Shown here in pieces: positions 39,271 to 50,832 of a DNA stretch of 64,000 bases. The stretch is from Squalus acanthias (Eukaryota), in the NCBI GenBank assembly GCA_030390025.1, contig CM059432.1, forward strand, positions 18,478,001 to 18,542,000, read 5' to 3'. Every line of letters begins with the position of its first letter. The first letter of the stretch is position 1. The translations under genes and the position numbers were made by a program. Under the pieces are notes generated by a model. The model had not been told where the DNA came from. It was given only the letters and a program-made list of their open reading frames with translations, and searched no databases.

Positions 39271-41139
39271 ATGGCTATGGCTGTTGCCACTTCTAGGGAG
39301 AGAGCTCGTCGGTTCACAGACGTGGCATTGGTGGCTGGACTGGAGCGAAGGAGGGCAATGCTGTTCCCGGCCACTGGAAGGAGGCCATCACCTCAGGTGT
39401 TCAGGGCAATGTGGAGGGAAGTGGCCCAGGAGGTCTTGGCCAGTAGTGTGGTGGAACGCAGCCTGACACAGTGCCGGAAGAAATTCAACGACCTCAGTCG
39501 GGTGGTCAAGGTGAGTACATGCTTCAACTGCTCCTACATACCAGCATCTGAACCTCAGTCTGTGCACACTGCGCCACCACTCACCCACCAAACATCTTCA
39601 CCTACTCAAACTCACATCCACATCTCACATCTTGCCTATGATCACAGCTATTCAACGACGGCAGGCATACCTCCCAAACACATATCTGGACTATCACTCA
39701 AACACATTTGTTTCTCTTGCAGGCCAAGCTCCCCTAGGAGGGAGCAGCAGAGAACAGGCGGGGGAGATGTGCAGCTCCAGCAGCTCTCAGACCTTGAGGA
39801 GCGAGTGCTGCGACTCATTGGGCAGCAGGTAGTGGGCGCCATGGCCGTCGGCGACATCAACCCCATGGGGGGCAACAACAGTATGTTCAGCCCCTCTCCT
39901 TCTCTCATCCCACTTCCCCATCACACCACAAACCTTTCTCACTTTCCACTTCCTGAGAATGTCTGCGTTCCTTGCTCCATTCCTGCCCCGCTGTCCTCAC
40001 CTTAACGCGAGTCTTGTGCCTTTATGCTTTCAGATAATCAGCAACCAGATGACCAGCCTATCCCTGAGCCTCCCACGGAGAGTGAGGAAGGAGAAGAGGA
40101 GGAGGAGCAAAGCACCGTGTCACTGCATCTCTCACCCGCAGGCACCACCTCAGATACTGGCACTGCGCGATCTTTAGAGGCAGCTTTAGTAGAGGGGTCT
40201 GCACTGGGTGATGCACTGGGGATGAGCGGGCTGCAGCAAGGCCAGGGGGAAAGGGTAGCTCGGGAACCAGCTCCCTGGAGGGCGAGTTCTGCTGCACAGG
40301 ACTCAGATGAGGACCTTGATGGTGAGGTGTTCACAAAAAGGGTGATGGGCATGCACTCCGAGATGGTAGATGCAATGGCAAGGGTGCCCGAGAGCCTCTC
40401 GGCAATGGTAAGGAGCGTGGAGGAGTCCGCCTCCAACATTGCACAGAGCTCTGCGCACACCATGGAGCCCATCATTTCCACTCTGCAGAGTTTAGTGGAC
40501 TTCCAGAGAGACCGTGTGGATCCAGACCTCATGACGCGTGTCATGGGCGATGTGGCAGTTTCCATTGCAGCACAGGCGGAAGCGACACAACATCTTAATG
40601 CTGTTATGCAGTCAATGGTTGCTGCCATCGAGTCTCAGACTGCTCTCATGCAGTCTCAGCTTGATGCCACGAAAGATCTGACTGCTGCCATAGTCGCTGG
40701 GACCACCACAGTCCACTGGGGATCTGACGGTGTCGTAGCAGCCCAGCAATCTGTGCTCCAGCAGATTGGTAGGGATGCTGAGGTGCTGCCCCGGGGGAGT
40801 GGCAGTGGGTCAGTGGAGCAGGAACCTGCTGTCCTCTCTCAGGACGACAGCATTCCTGATTCCACCACTGCCACACCGCCATTGCCCTTGCCGTTGCCTG
40901 TCATCCAGCCAGCCTAGACTGCTGCCGCCCAGCCTGAGGTGGTGCAGTGTACAGCTGGGCCTTCTAGACCCAGAGCTGGCCGAGGGTGTCCTGCAAGGCC
41001 ATCTGTAGTCTCTGGCACTGACACTCAGCAGCCTTCCACCAGCCCTGCTGCAGCCACTGGGGAGATACTACTTAGGAGCTCTAGATTAGAAAAGGGGACT
41101 GTAAAGAGGGAAGGCAAGGGTTTGCACAAGGGTGATTAG
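39271..41139 (+). pseudogene. Harbinger Myb/SANT-like gene (exons 39271-39510, 39723-39880, 40034-41139), inactivated
   Basis: RFTD..WREVAQEV..RSLTQCRKKFNDL; GT-AG introns; frameshifting deletion giving TAG at the start of exon 2; internal TAG at 40915. Confidence 0.85.
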
Positions 41140-41304
41140 TCAATATTTTTGTTGTATATATGTGGTTAATGGTTTTTGATAAATTTATTACTGGAATGTT
41201 GCAGATTTGGTGCTGTGTCTCATTTCAGTTCTGGGGTGTGGTATGGAATCACAAAGTGATGGAATGATGGCGACGTGCTCAGCAACTGGAACGAGGTCTC
41301 AAAG

Positions 41305-41520
41305 TCACTGGAAACGAAGTCTGAGGAGGCGATCATGGACCGACCTTGCAGAGCGCCGATTGAGTGGCTGCCTCCACCGTCGCTGCTGCTTGTCCTCCTG
41401 TTTCTCCTGCTCCTCTTCTTCCTCCTCCTCATCCTCCTCCTCCTGAGGTGGTGCGGCTATGCCTGGTGGCAATGGCTGCGCCCTCATGATGGCCAAGTTG
41501 TGCAGCCTGCAGCAATTTGC
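41305..41520 (-). pseudogene. Harbinger transposase C-terminal remnant
   Basis: CCRLHNLAIMRAQPLPPG..poly-E..RLLRLRF matches the C-terminus of the intact TPase. Confidence 0.85.
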
Positions 41521-41521
41521 T

Positions 41522-41830
41522 GCCCCAGGAAGCTGTGGAAGCTACATCATTAAATAAATTTAAAACAGAAATAGATAGGTTCCTAGAGGTAAAGGGAATT
41601 AGGGGTTGCGGTGAGCGGGCAGGAAATTGGACATGAGGCTGAGTTCGGATCGGTCAGGGCCCTGTGGGTGGCGGAGCGGGCCCAGGGGCTGAGTGGCCGG
41701 GTCCTGCTCCTACTTCTTGTGTTCTTTAGATTTGAGGTTAGGATCAGATCAGCCATGATCTTATTGAATGGCGGAGCAAGCTCGAGGGGCCGATTGGCCT
41801 ACTCCTGCTCCTATTTCTTATGTTCTTATG
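41522..41830 (+). mobile_element. CR1 3' end with duplicated tail
   Basis: ORF2 C-terminus followed by two tandem tail modules; same subfamily as 58080-59337. Confidence 0.85.
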
Positions 41831-41832
41831 AT

Positions 41833-42073
41833 TGTGATGTGGTGCCCACAAAGTGACGTGGGTGTTCTCCACCTTTAGCGTGTTAAGAGTGTTTGTGTTG
41901 TGTTTTATTTTCTTGAATAAAGATCGAAGTTCTTTCATCAAACTCAGTTGTCTGCTGCACCTTTGTATCACAACCCCCAAATAAGTCCAAGGTCTAGAAC
42001 CAGGGGCGTGGGAGCGATTCGAACTGCTCACTGAGTCAGAGGTGAAGCTGACCCTACCACACCACCCCCTACA
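41833..42073 (+). mobile_element. Possible short solo LTR or LTR fragment
   Basis: TGTGATG...CCCCTACA, internal AATAAA; no TSD seen. Confidence 0.4.
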
Positions 42074-43653
42074 AAGGATCCAAATATTGCACTTTCAAAT
42101 CTCCCCTCAATGAAACTGAAGAATCTTTATGTGCCAGAACACTCGTTAAAATGCAAAATGCTGAAATCGGTCAAAAGGCCTCTTTGACTATGTGAAACTA
42201 ATAATACGGCATTGTAGGCCGACGAAAACTTAACTGGATGTGGACGCCTTTAAATAGCGCTCCTCTAGGGGGCATCCGAATGAAAACCGCCTCCTGTTAA
42301 CGGCAGGCACACAAGCAGGGGGCGAGAGGAAATCTTTCATCCGGGGCGCTGCCGAGGCAATGCGCACGGCAATGACGTCACGATCTCCGGGCGCAGGAGA
42401 TTGGGTAGCAACGCCTTACCGCCGCAACAAAACTCCCGCCGAATTTAGCAGGAGGCGATGATATCGCCGCGCCCGGTCGCAACCCCATTTGCGCCCTGTT
42501 AGCGTTCCCCGGAGGCGCTAACGGGAGGCGCAAAGGAGTCCAATTTCTAGCCCTCGGGTTTCAAGTCCTACTCCAGAGACTTGAGCAGAAAAACTAGGCT
42601 GACACTCCAGTGCTGAGGGAGTGCTGCACTGTCGGAGGTGCCGCCTTTCGAATGAGACGTTAAACCGAGGCCCCGTCTGTCCTCTGAGGTGGACGTAAAT
42701 GATGCCATGGCACTATTTTGAAGACGAACAAGGTAGTTCTCCCCGATGTCTTGGTCAATATTTATCCCTCAACCAACAACACTAAAAACATATTACAGTA
42801 TCTGGTCATTATCGCATTGCTGATTGTGGGAGCTTACTGTGTACAAATTGGTTGCAACGTTATCTATATTACAACAGTGACTACACTACAAAAGAACTTC
42901 ATTGGCTGTAAACCTCTTTGGGACGTCCTGAGGCCGTGAAAGGCACTTCATAAATGCGAGCCTTTCTTCCTTTCTTTTTCTTTTCCTGACTCTGGAAAGT
43001 CCTCTGGGGTCAGCAGCAGAGGCTCCTGGTCGGCACGATCCCAGCATAATCGCCAGGAGCGCAGGTTTGCCAATCTATGGGACTCTTTGTGTTCAAGGGC
43101 TTGCGGAAAAGTATTTCGCCACTTGGAAATGCATTGCAGTTTTTAATCAATGAAACGTTAAGCTATCAAAAAAGCTCGAGGCCGCAGGCAATTTTGAAAT
43201 AATTGCTCGTGGATTTGGGAGGCCCCTTCACAAATAAACACAAAAGAGTTTTGCTGTCAAAGGGAATTGACATTTATCGGGCCTGAATCTTTCAGTCCAG
43301 CGTCAGAGGAGATGGCGAACATAAGGAAGATGAATTTATGCTCATAAAAGGGAGATGAACTACAGCACAGTCATGTATTGATCTGGTGTCAACATTATTA
43401 CAAACGATTTCAAGGTCTCACAGCTTGGTCCTCCTCTGTTGTGAATTTTGAATTATTTCCTTTCCGGCAGTGACTACGGTGATGTATTGATAACGGCTGC
43501 CTTGTAGATAAGTTTAGATCATCTCTGACACCCCGTTTGCAAACAAGGCTGCTGTCCTTCACAGCATTAACATTGTGGATGGTTCCATGGTTCAGACTAT
43601 CATGTCCTCTTGTCACTTCAGCGGAAGGCAGAGATTCATAAAGAATAAACAAT

Positions 43654-43770
43654 TCTGATGAAGGATTGTCACGGAAACATTAACCTGCTTTTCTCTTTGG
43701 GTGCTGATGCACCTGCTGTGTATTTCTTGTTTTATTTCAGGATCTCCAGTAATTGTAGTTTCCCTTTTAA
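43654..43770 (+). mobile_element. Penelope-like terminal fragment with degenerate hammerhead core
   Basis: CTGATGAAGG..GGAAACATTAACC followed by GATGC..CCTGCTG..TTTTATTTCAG. Confidence 0.5.
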
Positions 43771-44004
43771 GCTATATGTTAACCAGTGTTTGGAGTTTAT
43801 TTTCTCTGGGCTTCATTATTATTATTTTTTTTTAGCAATTTTCATTTCCATCAAATTCAATGCCTTGTAAGTTTTCTTTTTCTATCATTAAAATAGTAAC
43901 ATTGGAGCTAAATTGGGTGTAAACTGGAAAACCTTAGAATCAGTCTGAGAAGGCCGTGGAGCACAGAGCCTGGGCAGGGCTGCAAAGTAGAGAATCGTGG
44001 AGTG

Positions 44005-44690
44005 CCATGGAGTGGGAAGGCCCTGGTGTGGAGTCTGGGAGGGCCCTGGTGTGGAGTCTGGGAAGGCCCTGGTGTGGAGTCTGGGAGGGCCCTGGTGTGG
44101 AGTCTGGGAGGGCCCTAGTGTGGAGTCTGGGAGGGCCCTGGTGTGGAGTCTGGGAAGGCCCTGGTGTGGAGTCTGGGAGGGCCCTAGTGTGGAGTCTGGG
44201 AGGGCCCTAGTGTGGAGTCTGGGAGGGCCCTAGTGTGGAGTCTGGGAGGGCCCTGGTGTGGAGTCTGGGAAGGCCCTGGTGTGGAGTCTGGGAGGGCCCT
44301 AGTGTGGAGTCTGGGAGGGCCCTGGTGTGGAGTCTGGGAAGGCCCTGGTGTGGAGCCTGGGGGGGCCCTGGTGTGGAGTCTGGGAGGGCCCTGGTGTGGA
44401 GTCTGGGAAGGCCCTGGTGTGGAGCCTGGGGGGGCCCTGGTGTGGAGTCTGGGAAGGCCCTGGTGTGGAGTCTGGGAAGGCCCTGGTGTGCAGTCTGGGA
44501 AGGCCCTGGTGTGGAGTCTGGGAGATCCATGGTGTGGAGTCTGGGAGGGCACTGGTGTGGAGTCTGGGAGGGCCCTGGTGTGGAGTCTGGGAGGGCCCTG
44601 GTGTGGAGTCTGGGAGGGCCATGGTGTGGAGTCTGGGAGGGCCATGGTGTGGAGTCTGGGAGGGCCTTGGTGTGGAGTCTGGGAGGGCAT
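44005..44690. repeat. 23-bp minisatellite, ~29 copies (CCCTGGTGTGGAGTCTGGGARGG)
   Basis: Direct tandem array with no spacers; decays into related sequence on both sides. Confidence 0.97.
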
Positions 44691-47374
44691 AGAGAGGAGC
44701 ATCTGGATGATCCACGGTGTGGAGAGTCTGGCAGGGCGTGGAGAGGAGAGTCTAGGAGGTCGTGAAGAGGAGCGTCTGGGAGGTCCACGGTGTGGAGCAT
44801 CTGGGATTTCAGGTGTATGGGGTGAGAGGAAATGTAGCGGCATGGATAGAAAGTTAGTTGATGGACACAGTATAGATTCTCTTAGGTGATATAGTTAAGA
44901 GGAGAACCCTGAGATACTGAGAATATCTTCACTGGTTCAAAAAAAGCAAAGAGGAGATTTAATAGAGGTTTTAAAATTATAAAGTATTTTGTTAGAGTGA
45001 ATAGGAACAGACTATTTCCTCTGGTTGGGAAGTAACTGACGAGGGATCAACAATTTAAAATTGTCACTTTGAAAGTTAGGCGAGTGGTTAGGAGAAATAT
45101 CTTGATTGAGAAAATTGGTACAGCAATGACATTGTGCGGGGGAGTGGAGGTGGGGAAACTGGTCTTGGGCGATAGTGTTTGATGGGAGATAGCGAATCAC
45201 AGCGCATTTCACACCCCGCCCAATTTTCTCTTGCATTGAGTCAAATTCGCTCTGTATCTTTTTAAAGTAGGGTGGATAAACATTTGAAGCAGAGGAAGAT
45301 GCAAACCTATGGGGAGAGAGCAGGAAAAAATTGGATGATAAGTCAAACACTTCCTAGCACCCAATTCAAGAGTGCCATCGACAGAGGCCGAGGTTTTTCG
45401 GCAGTTTGTGATTTTCTGACCATTATGCAGAGAGATTACCTGAAGAAAGTGCATGATATGGAGGAGCCTGAAGGGGGAACAAATAAATGGACTGAAATTC
45501 TAAATTTGTATAATTATTCTTTTGAGCTTATATTTTCCTAGTCTCCCCTCATGCCTGTCCATTTGTCACCTTCTGTAGAGCCACCTTAGGAACTAGTTGT
45601 TTGGGAAATCAAAAGTGTGCACCCACATGATAAAGCCATTGCACCATAAACGTTTGATGCATGGCATGAAAACATTCACCATCTTCCTGTGGGTTAAGAT
45701 TCAATGATCTCCTTTTAGTGGGACATTTGTGGCTTTATACAGGAATCAAAGCAAAAGCGCATTCTCTTTCGTCCCATTTATTCTCTTGCTGGGTTCCCCC
45801 AGCTCCTTTCTGCCAGTCTTAGCTCTTTCCATTGATTAGTGCGAAGACCATTCAATGACCTCTGTGGTGGATGGGTAACCAATTCCTGGACCTCTGGCGA
45901 TGGCAATCTCTGATTCGCACGATGCTCCTTCCTCACCTGTTTCCACCACCTTGTCAGGAATCGATCTGCGGAAACCGCTGGGGCGAGCCTTCAGTCATTT
46001 TTGTTGCACTATATTTACAGATAGAGCTTGCGCCAACTCATTCAGAGCATGCGGACATTTCAAGTTAATTTATTTTATCTTTACCAGGCTGACAAAAAAA
46101 TTTGGTGGGAGCAGGACACTGCAACTTTAATAGCTCTGACTGCGAGTCGCACTCTGACTTTCCCTTAAGGAGCACAGCTACCACTTAGCTTTCTATCATT
46201 GTGACAACAGGGCAGAATTTCACCTCTGATGCAGTTTGTACCCCTTTGCCAGCTGTGCCAGCTGTTGCTGATCTGTCACTTTGTATTAGAGTAATGAATG
46301 AGCTTTTATATGTGGCACTGCTGGGAGGTGTGAGACATATGTCGCACCTTGCAAGCTGGCCTCAACATACCTATTTTAGTAAGGTCAACTTGACATGTAT
46401 TTGCACCAGATCCCCTTGAGGCAGAAAGTGAAGGCTGAATCGGCCAGGAGAGCATTGGAATAGTAGGAGCTGTTGTCATACTATGTTCGAATAGCAATGA
46501 GGAAGATGAGTGTATACGCTTCTTTTCTGCCACTTTCTATTTGTTCCAGCACATTAAGAATTGAAGCACAGACACCTGAACTGATCCAAACCAAACTAAA
46601 ACATTCTTTAAAAATTGGCAACAAGGAGCAGTGACCCACTTTCTTTCACAGAAAGAAACAAAATGATATATTGCTGGTTCATTTATAATACACGGCATTC
46701 CCTTTTGATTAAGAAGTAACAGGCTAGATTTTCCACTTGGCTGTGAACTGGGCGCTGACCCTGCTGTAGTTGCCAGGGTCAGTGTCATTCAAATATTACA
46801 GGAGAGCCATATTTTCCTCATTTAACTATGCTTTTGCATGCACCTGCCCACCCTCTGGGAATTGCAGGGAAGCGCAGATGTGGCACAACGAGTCTTTCAG
46901 CACTTTTCTGACCCCTGCCGACCCCAGTTCCGCCAGAAAACCCATTGGAAGCGGGGATGGGAATTCTAGGCTTACTCGGCTTAGTGAAGCAACAGTTAGT
47001 TAGCGGTGGCCAGGGAGCAGATAGAATTTCAGATAGGGTTCTAGAATTCATGTTAGAAAGAAGACAACCCCAAGCAGAGCTGATCGGGGGGGGGGGGGAA
47101 AGGGAGGAGGTTACCACATCCGACACTGCCAAATCTACCACTCCATGCATGTGGAAATATGTAGGAAAATCTTTAATGACCTTACTAGATATTGATTATC
47201 ATTGATAAGCTCAAAACTTTAACAACATCATTCATCATAAAGTGGGTGCTCCCAATTGTAAAACTGGGTCGTGATCCATTATACCCATTTTGCTCCATTT
47301 GACTTCTGCAATCATGATTTAAACTGGTTCAGGGTACACCCAGCAGATTTTGGATGGATGTGTGTAAATTAGTG

Positions 47375-47825
47375 CATAATGATAGGATTAAGCAAGGAAT
47401 TTACGCTAAACCTTTATAAAACACTGATTTAGGCCCCAGCTGGAGTATTGTGGCCAATTCTGGCAACCACACTTTAGGAAGGATGTCAAGGCCTTAGAGA
47501 GGGTGCAGAGGAGATTTACTAGAATGGTGCCAGAGATGAAAGACTTCAGTTAAGTGGCGAGACTAGAGAAACTGGGATTGTTCTGCTTGGAGCAGAGAAG
47601 GTTAAGCAGAGATTTGATAGAGGTGTTCAGAATCATGAAGGGTTCAGATAGAATAAATAAGGAGAAACTATTTCCCGTGACAGAAGGGTCGGTAACCAAA
47701 GGACACACATTTAAGGTAATTGGCAAAAGAACCAGAGGTGACATGAAGAAAATGTTTTTACACAGCGTGTTGTTGTGATCTGTAATGCACTGCCTGAAAG
47801 GGTGGTGGAAGCAGATTCAATAATA
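47375..47825 (+). mobile_element. CR1 ORF2 3' fragment; older CR1 debris continues to ~49060
   Basis: LEKLGLF..EQRRL..DLIEVF..TKGH motif. Confidence 0.88.
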
Positions 47826-48284
47826 ATAGTGCAAGTAGATAAGATCATACAATAGACAAACTAAATCATTGCTTTAATGCATAGAAACATAGAAATATAA
47901 AAGCAAGAAGACAATGTTAAACTTGCATGAGACCTTAATAAGCCTGTAGTTGGAGTATTGCGTATCTTTTTAGGCACCCGATTATGGGAAGGTCTTGAAA
48001 GCAATGGAAAAGATGCAACTTAGATTCACTAAGATGTTACCAGTGATGAGGGGTTATAATTATGAAGAGAAGTTAGGGCTTTTTTTCACTAGAGCTGAGA
48101 AGAACAAGGGGGGTGGGGTGGGGGGGGGGGAGGCGGGGTGGAGGGGGGGGGTGATCTGATACAGGATTTCATGAATATGAAGGATAATGATAAAGTGGAA
48201 TGAGCAAGTAAATGATGCAATTTAATGTGGAGAAGTGTGAGGAGAAACAGTATAGATTCACCAAGGTGATATAGTTATGGGGAG

Positions 48285-48587
48285 AACCTGCGACCTCTAC
48301 CACCTATAAGGACAAGGGCAGCAGGCACATGGGAACACCACCACCTCCAAGTTCCTCTCCAAGTCACACACCATCCTGACTTGGAAATATATGGCCGTTC
48401 CTTCATCATCACTGGGTCAAAATCCTGGAACTCCTTCTCTAACAGCACTGTGGGAATACCTTCACCACACGGACTGCCGCGCTTCAAGAAGGCGGCTCAC
48501 CACCACCTTCTCAAGGGCAATTAGGGGTGGGCAATAAATGCTGGCCTTGCCAGCGATGCCCACATCCCAGGAACGAATAAAAAAAAA
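48285..48587 (+). mobile_element. LINE-B 3' fragment with poly-A
   Basis: Matches other LINE-B tails. Confidence 0.9.
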
Positions 48588-50832
48588 GCCTGAGACACTG
48601 AGACTATCTCCATTGGTTCAGCGAAGGCAAAGGGGAGATTTAATCAAGGTTTTTAAAATTATGAAGGGTTTTGGTAAAGTGTATAGGAAAAGACAATTTC
48701 CTCTACTTGGGAAGTCAGTGATGAGGGCTCAGCCATGTAAATTTGTCAGTAAGAGAGTTGGAGCAATGATAAAGTAGAGAGAGAGAGATCGTTTCCACTG
48801 GTTGTCAAGACAATAATGAGAGGGAACAAATTTAAGATAATCACAAAGAGAATTAGAAAAACATTCTTGACACAATGGCTGAGAATGTGGAATTCATGGT
48901 CTGTTTTTGAAAGAGTATTAGATAGATGATTGAAAGATACAAACACTGAAGGACAGAAGAAGCAAGCAGGAGGGTGGGAGTGGACAGTTGACACACATGG
49001 GGAAAAAACACTGGCACGAAGTAAAGGCCTGATTCTGTCCTGTAAACATTCTTTGAATCTATGAATAAGTGAACACGCATTGCTTGGCCAGGACAACTGA
49101 ATCCACTTTGTGCATCATTTCAGATTGGCTCCCAAGTGACTTATACCTAAAAGCAGTTATAGATATTTGCATTTTCTGATATCATAATAGTCTCAGATGC
49201 ATAGGTACATTAGGCACAAATAGTTTCAGTAAATTGAAAATAAAACAGATTGTATTCCACTGCACTATCATAGCCGGTCCTGAGACAATCTAAGAGGCTC
49301 ATATGACTACATTTCTTCTCCGTATTTAAAAGCAAATATTAGTCCATGTCTGATGGGTAAAATGGATTTTGAAAAAAATTGCCTTCTTTAAAGAAATTTT
49401 TGTGGTAACTTAATTATTCTATGAAGGCAGTTGCACCTCCTCATCCAGTGATTTTTATAATTTACTTTGCTATCCTTGAGAAAGAAACCACAGACTGTTA
49501 CAGGAACTTTTAGTTTATTTTGTTGAAATGATTGACAAAATGGTTAATATATTCTCTAAGGTCTCTGACCATCGAGCGATAACCCCATCCATTAATTATT
49601 AGAATCAAGGCTAGATCTTCCCGCCTTGGTGCTCCTGCTGCCAGCCTGGAGCACATACTGGGAAATTGTGCACCCCACCCCAGCCCGTGACTTTCCATCC
49701 ATTAACAAAAATGGTTAAAAGATTATGGGCTGAGGGGGGCATAGTTTTGCAATCCTCTCTGGCAAAGAGCACCAACGTGGAAATTCACAGCCTAAAGGCC
49801 TGGGCTTTATTCCTATCTTAAAATTAAATGGAGAAGGAAGAAACTGCCCAGATTGTCCTGCTAAGTAGTGCCGAGGCATTGGCTGAAAGGACGGTGGCCT
49901 CGATATTCCATAGACTGGCAGAACCCCCGTCAAAGTGGCGTAAAAGTCTGAAAATGGCCATTTCCCTGCAGGTTCCGCCAGCCTCACCGGACTTATGGTA
50001 GGAAACTGGTCGAACCCCAATGGAATTTCAGGGCCAGTCTGTTAGAAATGTCACTAAATAATATTCTCGTTAGTAAATTGCACATTCGCAGGGAACTGTT
50101 GGTCCCACAATTTTTGGGGGAATGTGCCCCCAAAATGGATTGATAACCCAATATTACAACCTTTGCTGCTGAAATTGAATTGAAATCTGATGTATTAGGA
50201 AAGAGCAGCGTGTTAATGAGTATCATGGGGTTGGGGGTAATATAGTAGCATGGATAGAGGATTGGTTAATGGACAGAAAACAAAGTAGGGATAAACGGGT
50301 CTTTTTCAGGTTGGCAGGCTGTAACTAGTGGGGTGCCGCAAGGATCAGTATTGGGACCTCAGCTATTTACAATCTATATTAAATACCGAGATGAAGGGAC
50401 CGAGTGTAATGTATCCAAGTTTGCTGACGATACAAAGCTAGGTGGGACAGTAAGCTGTGAGGAGAACACATAGGGGGAAAAATTAGGTCGCGCCCCGTTT
50501 GGGGCGCAAATATCGTCTGGACGCAAAAATTAGCGCCTGGCGCTAATTATCGCCACTGACTGGAAACTTCACTTTTACCGCCCCGGGAGGTGAGTGGAGC
50601 GCTAAATCAGGCGCTGCACACCTGTCTTAAGGCGCAAAGGCCGAGCAGTGAGGCGCTAACTCAGCGCGCGAGCGCAACACAGGTGCTGCCAGTTAGCGAG
50701 GGAACACAGACACACTGGCGCCGGCCAGTTCTTAAAGGGGGGGGCGGCCAACTTGCTCCCCAGCCACACCCTGCTCATTGCAGCCTTGAATCTCGGCCTG
50801 GAGAGACCTGTGAATCCATTTTGCTGCCAAGG

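Larger units (their letters stand above)
38936..42553. mobile_element. Defective PIF/Harbinger transposon (transposase mostly deleted)
   Basis: TIRs GGGGGTGAAATTG / rc GGGCTAGAAATTG; subterminal regions homologous to 50473-54636; Myb-like gene plus TPase C-terminus. Confidence 0.9.
38890..42975 (+). mobile_element. Deu-domain SINE split by a Harbinger (38890-38935 plus 42554-42975)
   Basis: A-box half ends GAGTCAGAAGGTGGT; B-box half resumes GGGTTTCAAGTCCTACTCC. Confidence 0.85.

Noticed and set aside
44005..44690. CRISPR-like array, or repetitive proteins from the long ORFs in this region
   Set aside because: Units are directly adjacent with no unique spacers and the context is eukaryotic. 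The ORFs arise because the 23-bp unit mostly lacks stop codons.
45840..46070. CpG-containing unique stretch with a minus-strand donor (CAG/GTGAGG)
   Set aside because: No convincing acceptor or open frame; conservation cannot be assessed without alignments.
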